A DNA stretch of 32,175 bases, taken from sequence record SRR31156797_3294; one strand, given 5' to 3'. The notes under the pieces are model-generated. The model was not told where the DNA came from. It saw only the letters and a program-made list of their open reading frames with translations, and made no database searches. This document shows, piece after piece, positions 8,450 to 17,188 of this stretch. The number at the start of each line of letters is the position of its first letter. Position 1 is the stretch's first letter. The position numbers and the translations under genes are program-made.

Positions 8450-8495
8450 AAAACGGCACCTCACAACCCTCATGGTTGAGAGGTGCCGTTTTTTT
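8450..8495 (+). terminator. Intrinsic terminator
   Basis: AAAACGGCACCTC-acaacc-ctcat-ggttga-GAGGTGCCGTTTTTTT. Confidence 0.85.
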
Positions 8496-8578
8496 ATTAC
8501 TATGCTATATTCCGCATATGCTTTTAGCTCTTAAGTAAAACCAAGTACACCATATACAACCAGATTCAGGGGACAACG

Positions 8579-9544
8579 ATGAACCGCAAAACAGTCTTCA
8601 AATTACTTTTTGCAGCCCTCTTTCTACTATTTATATATTGGGTCTCAACATATTTCGCCGCATACACAGACGATGCTTATTTAGAAACAGACATAATCCG
8701 TATGGCACCACGGGTGGAAGGACATATTCAGCTTGTGGCTGTAAAAGACAATCAGCAGGTTGCCAAAGGAGATCTATTGGCTGCTATCGACCCAACCCCT
8801 TTTCAAATCAATCTGGACAGTTCAAAGGCAAGATTGGATCAATCCAGATCAAAACTCGCAGCACAAGAGAAAAACCTGAACGCCGCCCAAGCAATCTTCA
8901 AGGAAAGTGAAGCAGCTCTCACGCTGGCTGAATCAACAGAAAAACGGTTTCGCAAACTGATCAAATCGAAAACCGTCTCAAGGCAGGTTTATGATGAAAA
9001 GCTGGAAGCCTATCGCAAGACTCTGGACAAACACAAAGAAGCGGAGTCAGAAGTTGACGAAGCTAAGGCATCCGTAGAGGCTCAAATACATGATGTTCGC
9101 CATGCGCAAGCCCAATTGGATATGGCTGAATTCCAAGCGGAACACACCAGACTCTATGCACCAGTAAACGGCTTCATAACATCATTAAACATCAAACCCG
9201 GTGATTACGCCAAAGTGGGCCAACCCATCATGGCGGTGGTCTCCAATGAAGACTGGCGGGTAATCGCCAATTACCGCGAACAACTGGTCCGCCATATCAA
9301 GCCGGGGCAACATGTAACGGTGCATCTGGATAATTATCCATGGAACCTTTTCGAAGGAGAAGTCCAAGGAGTGGCCCGCGGAGTTTCCCGCAGTCCGGTT
9401 TCTAAAAAACTACTACCTTATGTAGAACCGAAGACAAACTGGATTAGGCTGTCCCGCCGCTTTCCAGTACGCATCCAAATCAAAAATCCACAAGGATCAA
9501 GACTGCTCAGCGGTTCAGATGCCCGGACCATAGTCTTTTATTGA
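8579..9544 (+). CDS. HlyD-family membrane fusion protein (AaeA/MdtN-like)
   Basis: N-terminal TM, YTDDAY, VKDNQQVAKGDLL, long coiled coil, APVNG and WIRLSRRFPVRI. Confidence 0.92.
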   Translation: MNRKTVFKLLFAALFLLFIYWVSTYFAAYTDDAYLETDIIRMAPRVEGHIQLVAVKDNQQVAKGDLLAAIDPTPFQINLDSSKARLDQSRSKLAAQEKNLNAAQAIFKESEAALTLAESTEKRFRKLIKSKTVSRQVYDEKLEAYRKTLDKHKEAESEVDEAKASVEAQIHDVRHAQAQLDMAEFQAEHTRLYAPVNGFITSLNIKPGDYAKVGQPIMAVVSNEDWRVIANYREQLVRHIKPGQHVTVHLDNYPWNLFEGEVQGVARGVSRSPVSKKLLPYVEPKTNWIRLSRRFPVRIQIKNPQGSRLLSGSDARTIVFY

Positions 9545-9551
9545 GGCCGCT

Positions 9552-10628
9552 ATGCACGCCACCATAGTCATTAAAGAGTTTAAACAAGGGCTTGCAAAGG
9601 AGTTGCAAAGCTTCAATAAAAACCAAGCTCGCTGTGCGCTAGGGACCGCCATAGCCGCGTTAGCAGCAGTGCTGATTGCCAACTGGCTGAATCTGGACAA
9701 ACCGTACTGGGCCGGAATTTCAGCTCTGGTGGTTTCCCGTTCAAGTTATGATGCTTCCCTAGTCAAAGGTGCTCTGCGCATCGCCGGAACAATCGGTGGA
9801 TGCGTACTGGCCTTGATCCTGCTAGGGACATTTATCGACAACATCTTTGCCATCCTATGCATAATATTTTTTGCCTCCATCGGTACGGTAATTGTTTCCA
9901 ACACCAGAGGCTGGGACAGCTATGCATGGGGGATGGCTGGATTCATGGTTGTGTTGCTCTCCATTGCCGGGCTGGTCGTGCCGCAATCAATATTCAATTT
10001 CGCTTTTTACCGCACTTTTGAAATCGGCCTCGGAACAATCATGGCCATCATCATGAGCGCGATTGTCAATTCATCTCCACCCGCCCCATCTGCTTCTCCC
10101 AAAAAAATCACCCAAAACATTCCAATGTCGTCAAAACAGGAATCAGAACTGATCAAACAGGCCATCAGCCTCGCTTTGGCCATGGTTTCAGTACCTATAA
10201 TCTGGAAATGGCTCGACCTGCCGGGCGTGCTGCAAATAGGGGTGACATCACTCATTCTGCTCCAGCCAGATCCTATGCAATCATGGCGCAAAGGAATTCT
10301 GCGCATACTAGGCTGCATAACCGGAGGGAGCATCGGACTAATATTGCTAGGGAGTCCTGCAGGGCATTATCTGATTACTTGGGGAGCTGCCTACTGGGTC
10401 CTGATTTTCATATTTTCCTACATCGACCATGGAGACCCGCGCTGCTCCTATATGGGGCTACAAGGGGGCATAGCCCTCACCTTAACCCTCGTACAAGGAT
10501 TGGGCCCGGGAACAGAACTCCAACCTCCTATCACCCGACTATGTGGTATCCTTGCCGCACTGATCCTCTGGAATATAATTCATGCACTATTTGAAAAAGA
10601 CGATGCCGATCAAAATCTATCTGCGTAA
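9552..10628 (+). CDS. FUSC / aromatic acid exporter family inner-membrane protein (compact)
   Basis: LNLDKPYWAGISALVV, KGALRIAGTIGG, YRTFEIGLG, and a second repeat KGILRILGCITGG; 7 nt after the HlyD gene. Confidence 0.85.
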   Translation: MHATIVIKEFKQGLAKELQSFNKNQARCALGTAIAALAAVLIANWLNLDKPYWAGISALVVSRSSYDASLVKGALRIAGTIGGCVLALILLGTFIDNIFAILCIIFFASIGTVIVSNTRGWDSYAWGMAGFMVVLLSIAGLVVPQSIFNFAFYRTFEIGLGTIMAIIMSAIVNSSPPAPSASPKKITQNIPMSSKQESELIKQAISLALAMVSVPIIWKWLDLPGVLQIGVTSLILLQPDPMQSWRKGILRILGCITGGSIGLILLGSPAGHYLITWGAAYWVLIFIFSYIDHGDPRCSYMGLQGGIALTLTLVQGLGPGTELQPPITRLCGILAALILWNIIHALFEKDDADQNLSA

Positions 10629-10718
10629 AAACATACAGGCTCAGCGCCCTTTAAATTTTGAAACGAAGAATTATATTATGAGTAGATATTAATTCCATTT
10701 CAGAAAATGGAGGTACAT

Positions 10719-11180
10719 ATGTCAGTAAAAACTATCCTGTGGCCGACGGACCTGTCGCGCTATTCACGGGAATCGATAGATGAAGTGGTTTCCCTGTCTA
10801 CACTCTACAACGCCAAAGTTGTTGTTCTTTATTCCGCCATTGACCTCTGCTCCTACTTCCCCGCTTACGGAAACTACCCTGATCAGGACCGCTTGAACGA
10901 CTTCCGGGACTGGGAAGTTGAAAAGGCACGAAAAGCCCTGAACAAGCTATGCGATGAAGAGCTGAGAAGCTGCCCGCTAATTGAAATCAGGCTGACTCTG
11001 GGTGATCCGGTAACAAACATCATCAAACATGTGGAAAAGGAAAATGCCGACCTGATTGTCATTTCCAGCCACGGTCTAGGCCGGGAAAAGAAAAACACCG
11101 CTCCTGATGTCATCGGAACTGTAGCCGATCAAGTCATCAAGCAGTCCCCGGTTTCAGTACACGTCATCAAAAACAGATAA
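10719..11180 (+). CDS. Universal stress protein (USP)
   Basis: KTILWPTDLS, GDP..IIK...ADLIVISSHG, IGTVADQVIKQSPVSV. Start ATG 10719 behind GGAGG. Confidence 0.92.
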   Translation: MSVKTILWPTDLSRYSRESIDEVVSLSTLYNAKVVVLYSAIDLCSYFPAYGNYPDQDRLNDFRDWEVEKARKALNKLCDEELRSCPLIEIRLTLGDPVTNIIKHVEKENADLIVISSHGLGREKKNTAPDVIGTVADQVIKQSPVSVHVIKNR

Positions 11181-11183
11181 AAA

Positions 11184-11218
11184 TTAAGCCCGGCTGAGAA
11201 TTTCTCAACCGGGCTTAA
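11184..11218. terminator. Bidirectional terminator between usp and aor
   Basis: TTAAGCCCGGCTGAGA-att-TCTCAACCGGGCTTAA between convergent genes. Confidence 0.75.
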
Positions 11219-11239
11219 CTCATTTTATTTTAAGCAGCT

Positions 11240-12967
11240 TTAGACTTTAGCAGCCTGGAGTTCTTCAACAGTGTATTCCCAGACAGTGTCATGGGGCTCA
11301 AGCTTTTCTTCGCTGAAGAAACGGGGCAGCTGGTCGTCACTCTTGGTGAAACCGGCCTTGCGGTTGAAATCGAGTTCATCCTTAAGGGTATTCACGCCGA
11401 GTGCGATAAAATCGTCAGCGGTGAATTCGATACCGTGTGTTGCGGCAACTAGGTCACACATGCACTGAACTGCATCTTCGGTATCCAGAACCGCGAAAGC
11501 TACGAACAGGCAGAGGCCGAGACCATCGATGGTTGCGGTAGCAATCTGGAGGTTCTTGGAAAGTTCAATCTGGCCTTCCTTGGAAAGGGGATCAACATCA
11601 CCACCAACTTTCAGAATGTTGGTAGCTACTGCGTAACCGGCAGTGTGGTCACCACCCATGGGGGTAGTTGCGTAGGTAACGCCGACACCCTTTACAGAGC
11701 GAGGATCGTATGCGGGCAGCCCCTGACCTTTAACGGTGGGGATACGGTCTACGCCGAAAGCCTGACCTGCGAAGTCAGCACCGTTACCGATGATGCGGCC
11801 CATAGCATCGGAAGAACCGACTTTCTGGAGCAGCTCGATACCGGCCTTGCTGTCGCCCCATTCAAGGACACCGCCGTCCATTGCAACAGCCATGGTACAA
11901 CCCATTTCAATGGTGTCGATACCTTTTTCGTCACAGATGCGGTCCATGGTAGCGATATCATCAATGTCTTTGATCAGGCAGTTTGCGCCGAAGCCCCAAA
12001 CGGTTTCGTACTCAAAACCGGAGGTTAGGTAGTTACCGTCTTTATCGTTGTAACGCTGGGAACACTGGATAACACAACCGGTGTGGCAACCTTCTTTGGT
12101 TTTACCACCGCGGGATTCGATTACTTCAGCAATCTTTTCACCGGAAATCTCAGCAACATCGTCAAAACGACCGTAACGGAAGTTCTTGGTGGGCAGTGCG
12201 CCGGCTTCGTTAATAATGTTAACGAGGATTGCGGTACCGAATGCGGGCAGACCTTCACTGGTTACGGGGTGACCCATGAGAATTTCGAGCCAACGCTTAC
12301 GAGCAACTTTGAAAGCATCTTCATTAACAGGCTTGATACGGCCCTTGGCTTCGGGATCAAGAACAACAGCCTTGACCTTTTTCGAACCCATAACAGCTCC
12401 CATGCCGCCACGACCTGCAGAACGTGCAGGATTCAGGTGCGGATCGGAGAACTGGATAGTGGAAGCAGCAAGGCACTGCTCACCGGCAGGACCTGCCAGA
12501 GCGGTAACTGCCTTGTCGCCGTACATCTTTTTCAATTCTTCGTGTGCGGGATAGTTGTCCTTGCCCACGATGGGAGTTGCATCCTTGAATTCTACACGGT
12601 CAGCGTAAATTTCCACGATGGAAAAAGGAGCGTCCATTTCAGGCTTATCTTCAAATACAATAGCCAGAATATCAAGGCGGGGCAGAACCTGTGCGAACTG
12701 TCCACCAGAGTTACTTTCTTTAATACCGCCAGTCAGAGGAGACTTGGCACCGCAGGAGAGTCTGCCGGAGTTGGCAGCACCGGAACCTGCGAGGATACCG
12801 GCAGCCCATACGAGCTTGTTCTCTGCGGAAAGAGGATGACAATCGCCGGGAACTTCAGTGTTTACGAGTCTGGAAGTCAGGGCGCGTCCGCCAAGACCGG
12901 CATAATCACCGAGTTCTTCAAATTTAAATTCTTTGGTGCGGGTATTGATTCTAAGAATTCTGGGCAT
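11240..12967 (-). CDS. aor: Aldehyde:ferredoxin oxidoreductase (W/Mo-pterin AOR family)
   Basis: GLGGRAL, AKSPLTGGIKESNSGG, AGRGGMGAVMGSKKVKA, CxxGCxxxC, EYET, CDEKGIDTI, AYDPR. Start ATG 12967 behind AGGTGG. Confidence 0.93.
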   Translation of the reverse strand: MPRILRINTRTKEFKFEELGDYAGLGGRALTSRLVNTEVPGDCHPLSAENKLVWAAGILAGSGAANSGRLSCGAKSPLTGGIKESNSGGQFAQVLPRLDILAIVFEDKPEMDAPFSIVEIYADRVEFKDATPIVGKDNYPAHEELKKMYGDKAVTALAGPAGEQCLAASTIQFSDPHLNPARSAGRGGMGAVMGSKKVKAVVLDPEAKGRIKPVNEDAFKVARKRWLEILMGHPVTSEGLPAFGTAILVNIINEAGALPTKNFRYGRFDDVAEISGEKIAEVIESRGGKTKEGCHTGCVIQCSQRYNDKDGNYLTSGFEYETVWGFGANCLIKDIDDIATMDRICDEKGIDTIEMGCTMAVAMDGGVLEWGDSKAGIELLQKVGSSDAMGRIIGNGADFAGQAFGVDRIPTVKGQGLPAYDPRSVKGVGVTYATTPMGGDHTAGYAVATNILKVGGDVDPLSKEGQIELSKNLQIATATIDGLGLCLFVAFAVLDTEDAVQCMCDLVAATHGIEFTADDFIALGVNTLKDELDFNRKAGFTKSDDQLPRFFSEEKLEPHDTVWEYTVEELQAAKV

Positions 12968-13048
12968 AGTAACCACCTATAAATTTTGAAAATTTAGTAA
13001 AATCAACCTTCGTTCTTAAATAAATCCATTTTGTTAATAAGTGAGCCA

Positions 13049-13076
13049 ATTATATACCTGCGCGCATTCTTGTCAA
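13049..13076 (-). promoter_or_regulatory. Sigma70 promoter of aor
   Basis: Minus strand TTGACA-16 nt-TATAAT (both hexamers perfect), about 80 nt upstream of the start. Confidence 0.7.
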
Positions 13077-13371
13077 AGATTTTAAATTATATCCCCCAAA
13101 GCACATAACTTTTTATTATATCTTTTTTGACATATTTAGTTTTTTTGTTGCAAAACAACACCAACACCTTTGAACGATACATCACAATACCAACACAAAC
13201 CGAACCTACTACATAAAATAATCACTAACCTCTCAATACTACATAATTAAAACATGCAAAGTTTTAAAACTACATTTTTTTCTACAAACATTGACTAGAC
13301 GTTTGTCTTATGAATATTTTGATCAAAAATAATCACCAATACAAACTTCCATTCACTATGAAGGAAAAATT

Positions 13372-14610
13372 ATGAGCACTGAATCAAAAATTAAAGAAGC
13401 TATTGCTGAGCCAGAGAATCTGGAACAAATTTATCGCGACAGCCCTAATCACTTTAAAAAAGAATATCAGGAAGCGTTTGCTGAACATAAAGACTCACTT
13501 CTTTTCAGGGCTTGGCAAGCCCGACTTGAATACTCCCCGCTTAAGGACACATCCCTTTCCGCCATTGACCTAACGGCAATGCTCCTGCTCTGTTTTCTAG
13601 CCGGAACAATACTGAAACTGCCGGACTGGATAGACCATATCAACTACTACCAATTGGAATGGATGGCCTCACTAATTCCACTGACTGCTATGTTTCTATA
13701 CACCATGCATATGCGGGACTGGCCACGCAAAATCACTGCAACCGGATTTGGAGCTAGCATTGCTCTGGGCTTGGTCATGCTCTTTACACCTGGAAAATGG
13801 AACGATACCTTTGCATTGGCATGCCTGAATCTGCCATTCCTGATCTGGTCACTATACGGGCTCAGCCGTATTAACAAAAACTGGCGCTCTACAGATCAAC
13901 GTATTGAATATCTACGTTTCAGTGGAGAATGGATAATTCATGCCGGCCTTCTCTTTCTTGGAGGCGGGATACTGCTTCTGCTGACCTTTGCACTACTGGA
14001 CATGCTACATCTAGACAGCACCTGGATAATTGAAGATCTGGCTATATATGGTGCAGCCTCCATCCCGCTAGTAGCTGCATGGGCTACAGACACATATTCT
14101 GCAGCCCGAAAGCTGGTTCCCCTGCTGGCCCGCATATTTTCTCCGCTGCTATTGGTACTAATATTATGCTACATGGGAGCAATGGCCTGGAATACAGATG
14201 AACTTTTTCAAAACCGCGAAACCCTGCTCACCTATAACATCCTGCTACTCAGCGTACTGGCTACTGCCGTATTCACCCTGACCGGACGAGGCGAAAAAGA
14301 ATCCGGGAAGTTGGCAACTGCGGTTATCAGCCTCATGGTTGTGGCAACCGTTATTCTTGATCTTGTAGGTATCTGCGCCATCGGCTGGCGCATCCTTGAA
14401 TTCGGACTAACTGCAAATCGTTTCAGTGTCCTCGGCTCCAATCTGGTAGTTTTCGGAAACCTTGTTGCTATGGGCGTAGGCTATCTGCGCTACCATTCAG
14501 GAAAAGGAACTCTGGACGACATAGAAAACAACCTTGCACGCTATTTGCCCCTTTACGCAATATGGACCGGATTTTCAGTTCTCGCCCTACCGCGGCTTTT
14601 TCAATATTAA
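13372..14610 (+). CDS. Polytopic membrane protein, DUF4153-like
   Basis: 412 aa with about 10 TM segments, ARIFSPL and RILEFGLTANRFSVLG motifs resembling DUF4153 proteins; SD AAGGA. Confidence 0.7.
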   Translation: MSTESKIKEAIAEPENLEQIYRDSPNHFKKEYQEAFAEHKDSLLFRAWQARLEYSPLKDTSLSAIDLTAMLLLCFLAGTILKLPDWIDHINYYQLEWMASLIPLTAMFLYTMHMRDWPRKITATGFGASIALGLVMLFTPGKWNDTFALACLNLPFLIWSLYGLSRINKNWRSTDQRIEYLRFSGEWIIHAGLLFLGGGILLLLTFALLDMLHLDSTWIIEDLAIYGAASIPLVAAWATDTYSAARKLVPLLARIFSPLLLVLILCYMGAMAWNTDELFQNRETLLTYNILLLSVLATAVFTLTGRGEKESGKLATAVISLMVVATVILDLVGICAIGWRILEFGLTANRFSVLGSNLVVFGNLVAMGVGYLRYHSGKGTLDDIENNLARYLPLYAIWTGFSVLALPRLFQY

Positions 14611-14614
14611 AAAA

Positions 14615-14648
14615 ATGAAAAAGGGGCCAACAGGGGCCCCTTTTTCAT
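14615..14648. terminator. Bidirectional terminator
   Basis: ATGAAAAAGGGGCC-aacagg-GGCCCCTTTTTCAT between convergent genes. Confidence 0.85.
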
Positions 14649-15796
14649 GCATGGACGTAATTGGCGAGAATAATTCCCACCCCGCACAGAAAGCTGGCGA
14701 CAATTGCCGGACGCCCACCAAAGGCCCTGAACTTTTGATTAAGCCCTGCTGCACGCATTTTCCAGATCATAATGCACGGGAGTAAAACAGCGATAACGGT
14801 AAAAGCAGCACCGGCATGTGCAAGGGCGGCAATAAAACCGTCAGGAGCCAGCAAAGATGCTATTAGCGGCGGAACAAAAACAATAAGGCTGGTCCCGACA
14901 CGTCCCATACTGTCATCTTTACGCTTGAAGGTCTCAGCAACCAGATCAAACAGACTTAAGGAGACACCGAAAAAAGAAGTAACAAGAGCAAGAGCTGCGA
15001 AAATGGAAACAATAATTTTAACCCAACCGATTCCACCACTGATCAATTCCACCAGAGCGTCAACATTGGTCATTGCAGCCAATTGATCAGGTGTAGTACT
15101 GCTTAGCGACAACAACAACCAGAGAAGATAGCAAAAACTGGGCAATGCCCCGCCAATGAGCATAATGCGAATAAGACTCTTTTTATCCTCACCGATATAA
15201 GTCACAATACTTGGAATACAGACATGATAACCGAATGAAGTAATGAGGACCGGAAAAGTAACAAAAAGGGCCTCTGGAGTGGGATGCCCCTGAGTTAGAG
15301 AACTCATATCCATATGTCCGCCCAGAGCGGCAAAGCTGGCCAGCATTGCCGCAATCATAACAATAAAAAGAAACTTATTTGCCTGCACTACAAAATGTGT
15401 TCCGGCTACAAGTACCACGATGCTTATGGCCGTAAAAATTGCGGTCCCTGTTTGCGAATCAATTCCTGTTGAATTAGAGACAAGCCCTCCAAGACCACTA
15501 AGATAGGCGACTATCAGGCAATACAATAAAAAGAACACACTTCCGGTACCAATCAGCTGGCCGGTGCGGCCAAGAATTTTACGGGTCATATAGTTGAAGT
15601 TAACTCCCTGCCCGAACTCAAGATTAATCTCGAGAAGCATCAACGCTGAATAAGCAGCTACGATCCACATAAAAACAAGCGCACTCGCCCCAGTTGCAAA
15701 TCCTAAATTTCCAAGAGTTATAGGCAGGCCGAGCATGCCTGCTCCGATAGAGGTTCCGGCAACAACGCTGATTGCACCGATCGTCTTAGTATCCAA
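14645..15796 (-). CDS. HAAAP-family (TyrP/Mtr/TnaB-like) amino-acid permease
   Basis: VAGTSIGAGMLGLP, LMLLE, FPVLITSFGYHVCIPS, ALVTSFFGV. Start placed at TTG 15796 behind AAGGAG rather than 15844. Confidence 0.88.
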   Translation of the reverse strand: MDTKTIGAISVVAGTSIGAGMLGLPITLGNLGFATGASALVFMWIVAAYSALMLLEINLEFGQGVNFNYMTRKILGRTGQLIGTGSVFFLLYCLIVAYLSGLGGLVSNSTGIDSQTGTAIFTAISIVVLVAGTHFVVQANKFLFIVMIAAMLASFAALGGHMDMSSLTQGHPTPEALFVTFPVLITSFGYHVCIPSIVTYIGEDKKSLIRIMLIGGALPSFCYLLWLLLSLSSTTPDQLAAMTNVDALVELISGGIGWVKIIVSIFAALALVTSFFGVSLSLFDLVAETFKRKDDSMGRVGTSLIVFVPPLIASLLAPDGFIAALAHAGAAFTVIAVLLPCIMIWKMRAAGLNQKFRAFGGRPAIVASFLCGVGIILANYVHA

Positions 15797-15810
15797 AATA
15801 ATCTCCTTAA

Positions 15811-15857
15811 AATAATAAAACAAAGAAACTCCCGCATTCCACAAAGGAAGCAGGAGC
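15811..15857 (-). terminator. Terminator-like hairpin in the permease 5' leader (possible attenuator)
   Basis: Minus strand GCTCCTGCTTCC-tttgt-GGAATGCGGGAGT followed by TTCTTTGTTTTATTATT, immediately upstream of the RBS. Confidence 0.6.
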
Positions 15858-15986
15858 AGAGCCTGATAAGGCTAGGAATAGAAAATATGCAGACAGGTAA
15901 AGAGACAAGCACGCAGGACTAAGAACGGGACATGAATTATAACCAGAACTTAAATAAGACAGCCTATTGCCGTCATCCCCTGCAAA

Positions 15987-16014
15987 AACATACGCTTATA
16001 GAAATATTTTGCAA
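15987..16014 (-). promoter_or_regulatory. Putative sigma70 promoter of the permease leader
   Basis: Minus strand TTGCAA-16 nt-TATGTT. Confidence 0.35.
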
Positions 16015-16084
16015 GATTTTTAAGAATTACAAAACTAAACACCAACTCATTTAAGAATAGCGAAAAAAGACATTAAAATGACAT

Positions 16085-16112
16085 AAAAAAGAGAGTACTC
16101 TAAAGTACTCCC
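16085..16112 (-). terminator. Intrinsic terminator of the sulfotransferase gene
   Basis: Minus strand GGGAGTACT-ttag-AGTACTCTC-TTTTTT. Confidence 0.75.
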
Positions 16113-16176
16113 ACTCATAAAAACAATTTACCATGCAACTAGAATCAAATCTAACTATATTCAAATCATTCCAAGA

Positions 16177-16992
16177 TCACTTTCCATAAATAAAATCTTC
16201 ATCTTTATCTTTATTTTGTTGCATAAGAAGCGTAGCTATCCGCTGATAGCGCTCATTCATCTTTTTAAACAAAGATAATTCATTCTTAAAATCATCACCC
16301 AAATCATTAACTCGTTGTTCAAAAAGACGAGACGCACAATCATAAAGTTCGATATCCTGACTGTTGTGCTCCCTAATAACTGCAAGCTCTTCCTCAGTCA
16401 CCGAACTCCGTTTCTTTCTGACGTTATGCTTTTCATATAAGATATTTTCAAGATTCATCATCCTTTTCAACATCAATAAACTTTCGTCAAAACGTTCAGT
16501 AATACCGAAAAGGTACAATCTCTGTAAATTGTCAAGAGCTCTCTCAAGCATGGTTCTACCATCATCAACAGCACCACAAAGAGATCTGGTCATCAAATTC
16601 TTACCTCTATATATGAGCTCAGGACGTTGGCTGCTGACATATTCTACTAAAGTCACCTGCTCTTCATTCAAATAACGGTAAAGATGATTCTCCGGCCAAG
16701 TGCGCAAAAAATTGTATTCTGAAATGACCCGCGCAACAGGATCTCTAAGGAATGTAAATGCATATTTACCCAAGGAACCGGAAAAAAATTCATCAAAGTC
16801 ATGCACAAAGATATGCCCTTGGACAAGCTTAATTCGCTCCAATTCTTCAGTACTGATTTTTCTTAAAAACTCATTCTCTTCTTTAGTGTATACAGAGCAA
16901 ATAGTCTCTTCGGGAAATCTAGCCGCAAAGATATGATTTAATGTTGTCCCCGCAGTCTTGGGAATATGCAAAAAAAAGAATGGACTATGCAA
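16177..16992 (-). CDS. Sulfotransferase family 2 protein (PAPS-dependent)
   Basis: 5'-PSB motif FLHIPKTAGTT, 3'-PB motif FLRDPVARVISEY, GITERFDESL, N..DIELY. TTG start behind GGAG. Confidence 0.85.
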   Translation of the reverse strand: MHSPFFFLHIPKTAGTTLNHIFAARFPEETICSVYTKEENEFLRKISTEELERIKLVQGHIFVHDFDEFFSGSLGKYAFTFLRDPVARVISEYNFLRTWPENHLYRYLNEEQVTLVEYVSSQRPELIYRGKNLMTRSLCGAVDDGRTMLERALDNLQRLYLFGITERFDESLLMLKRMMNLENILYEKHNVRKKRSSVTEEELAVIREHNSQDIELYDCASRLFEQRVNDLGDDFKNELSLFKKMNERYQRIATLLMQQNKDKDEDFIYGK

Positions 16993-17127
16993 AACAACTC
17001 CTTAAAACGGCAAAGAACTTATTAATGTTGCTTGAAACAATTATTCATCTCGCTTCAAATATATTCCTTAGTACCTATCAAAATTAACATAAGTAAACCA
17101 CAAGATTAATCCTCGAGCAAAACTAAC

Positions 17128-17161
17128 AAAAAAGCGGGAACGGCCAAAACCGTTCCCGCTT
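17128..17161 (-). terminator. Intrinsic terminator after secF
   Basis: Minus strand AAGCGGGAACGG-ttttgg-CCGTTCCCGCTTTTTT. Confidence 0.88.
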
Positions 17162-17188
17162 GAATAAGCAATCTGAAAGTAACTAAAA

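Noticed and set aside
12083..12982. 299-aa ORF antisense to aor
   Set aside because: Fully overlaps aor on the opposite strand; no domain signatures.
15718..15912. Cys-rich 64-aa ORF as a leader peptide for the permease, or classical Trp/Tyr attenuation
   Set aside because: No RBS; it runs through the terminator into the permease gene out of frame; no clustered regulatory aromatic codons ahead of the hairpin.
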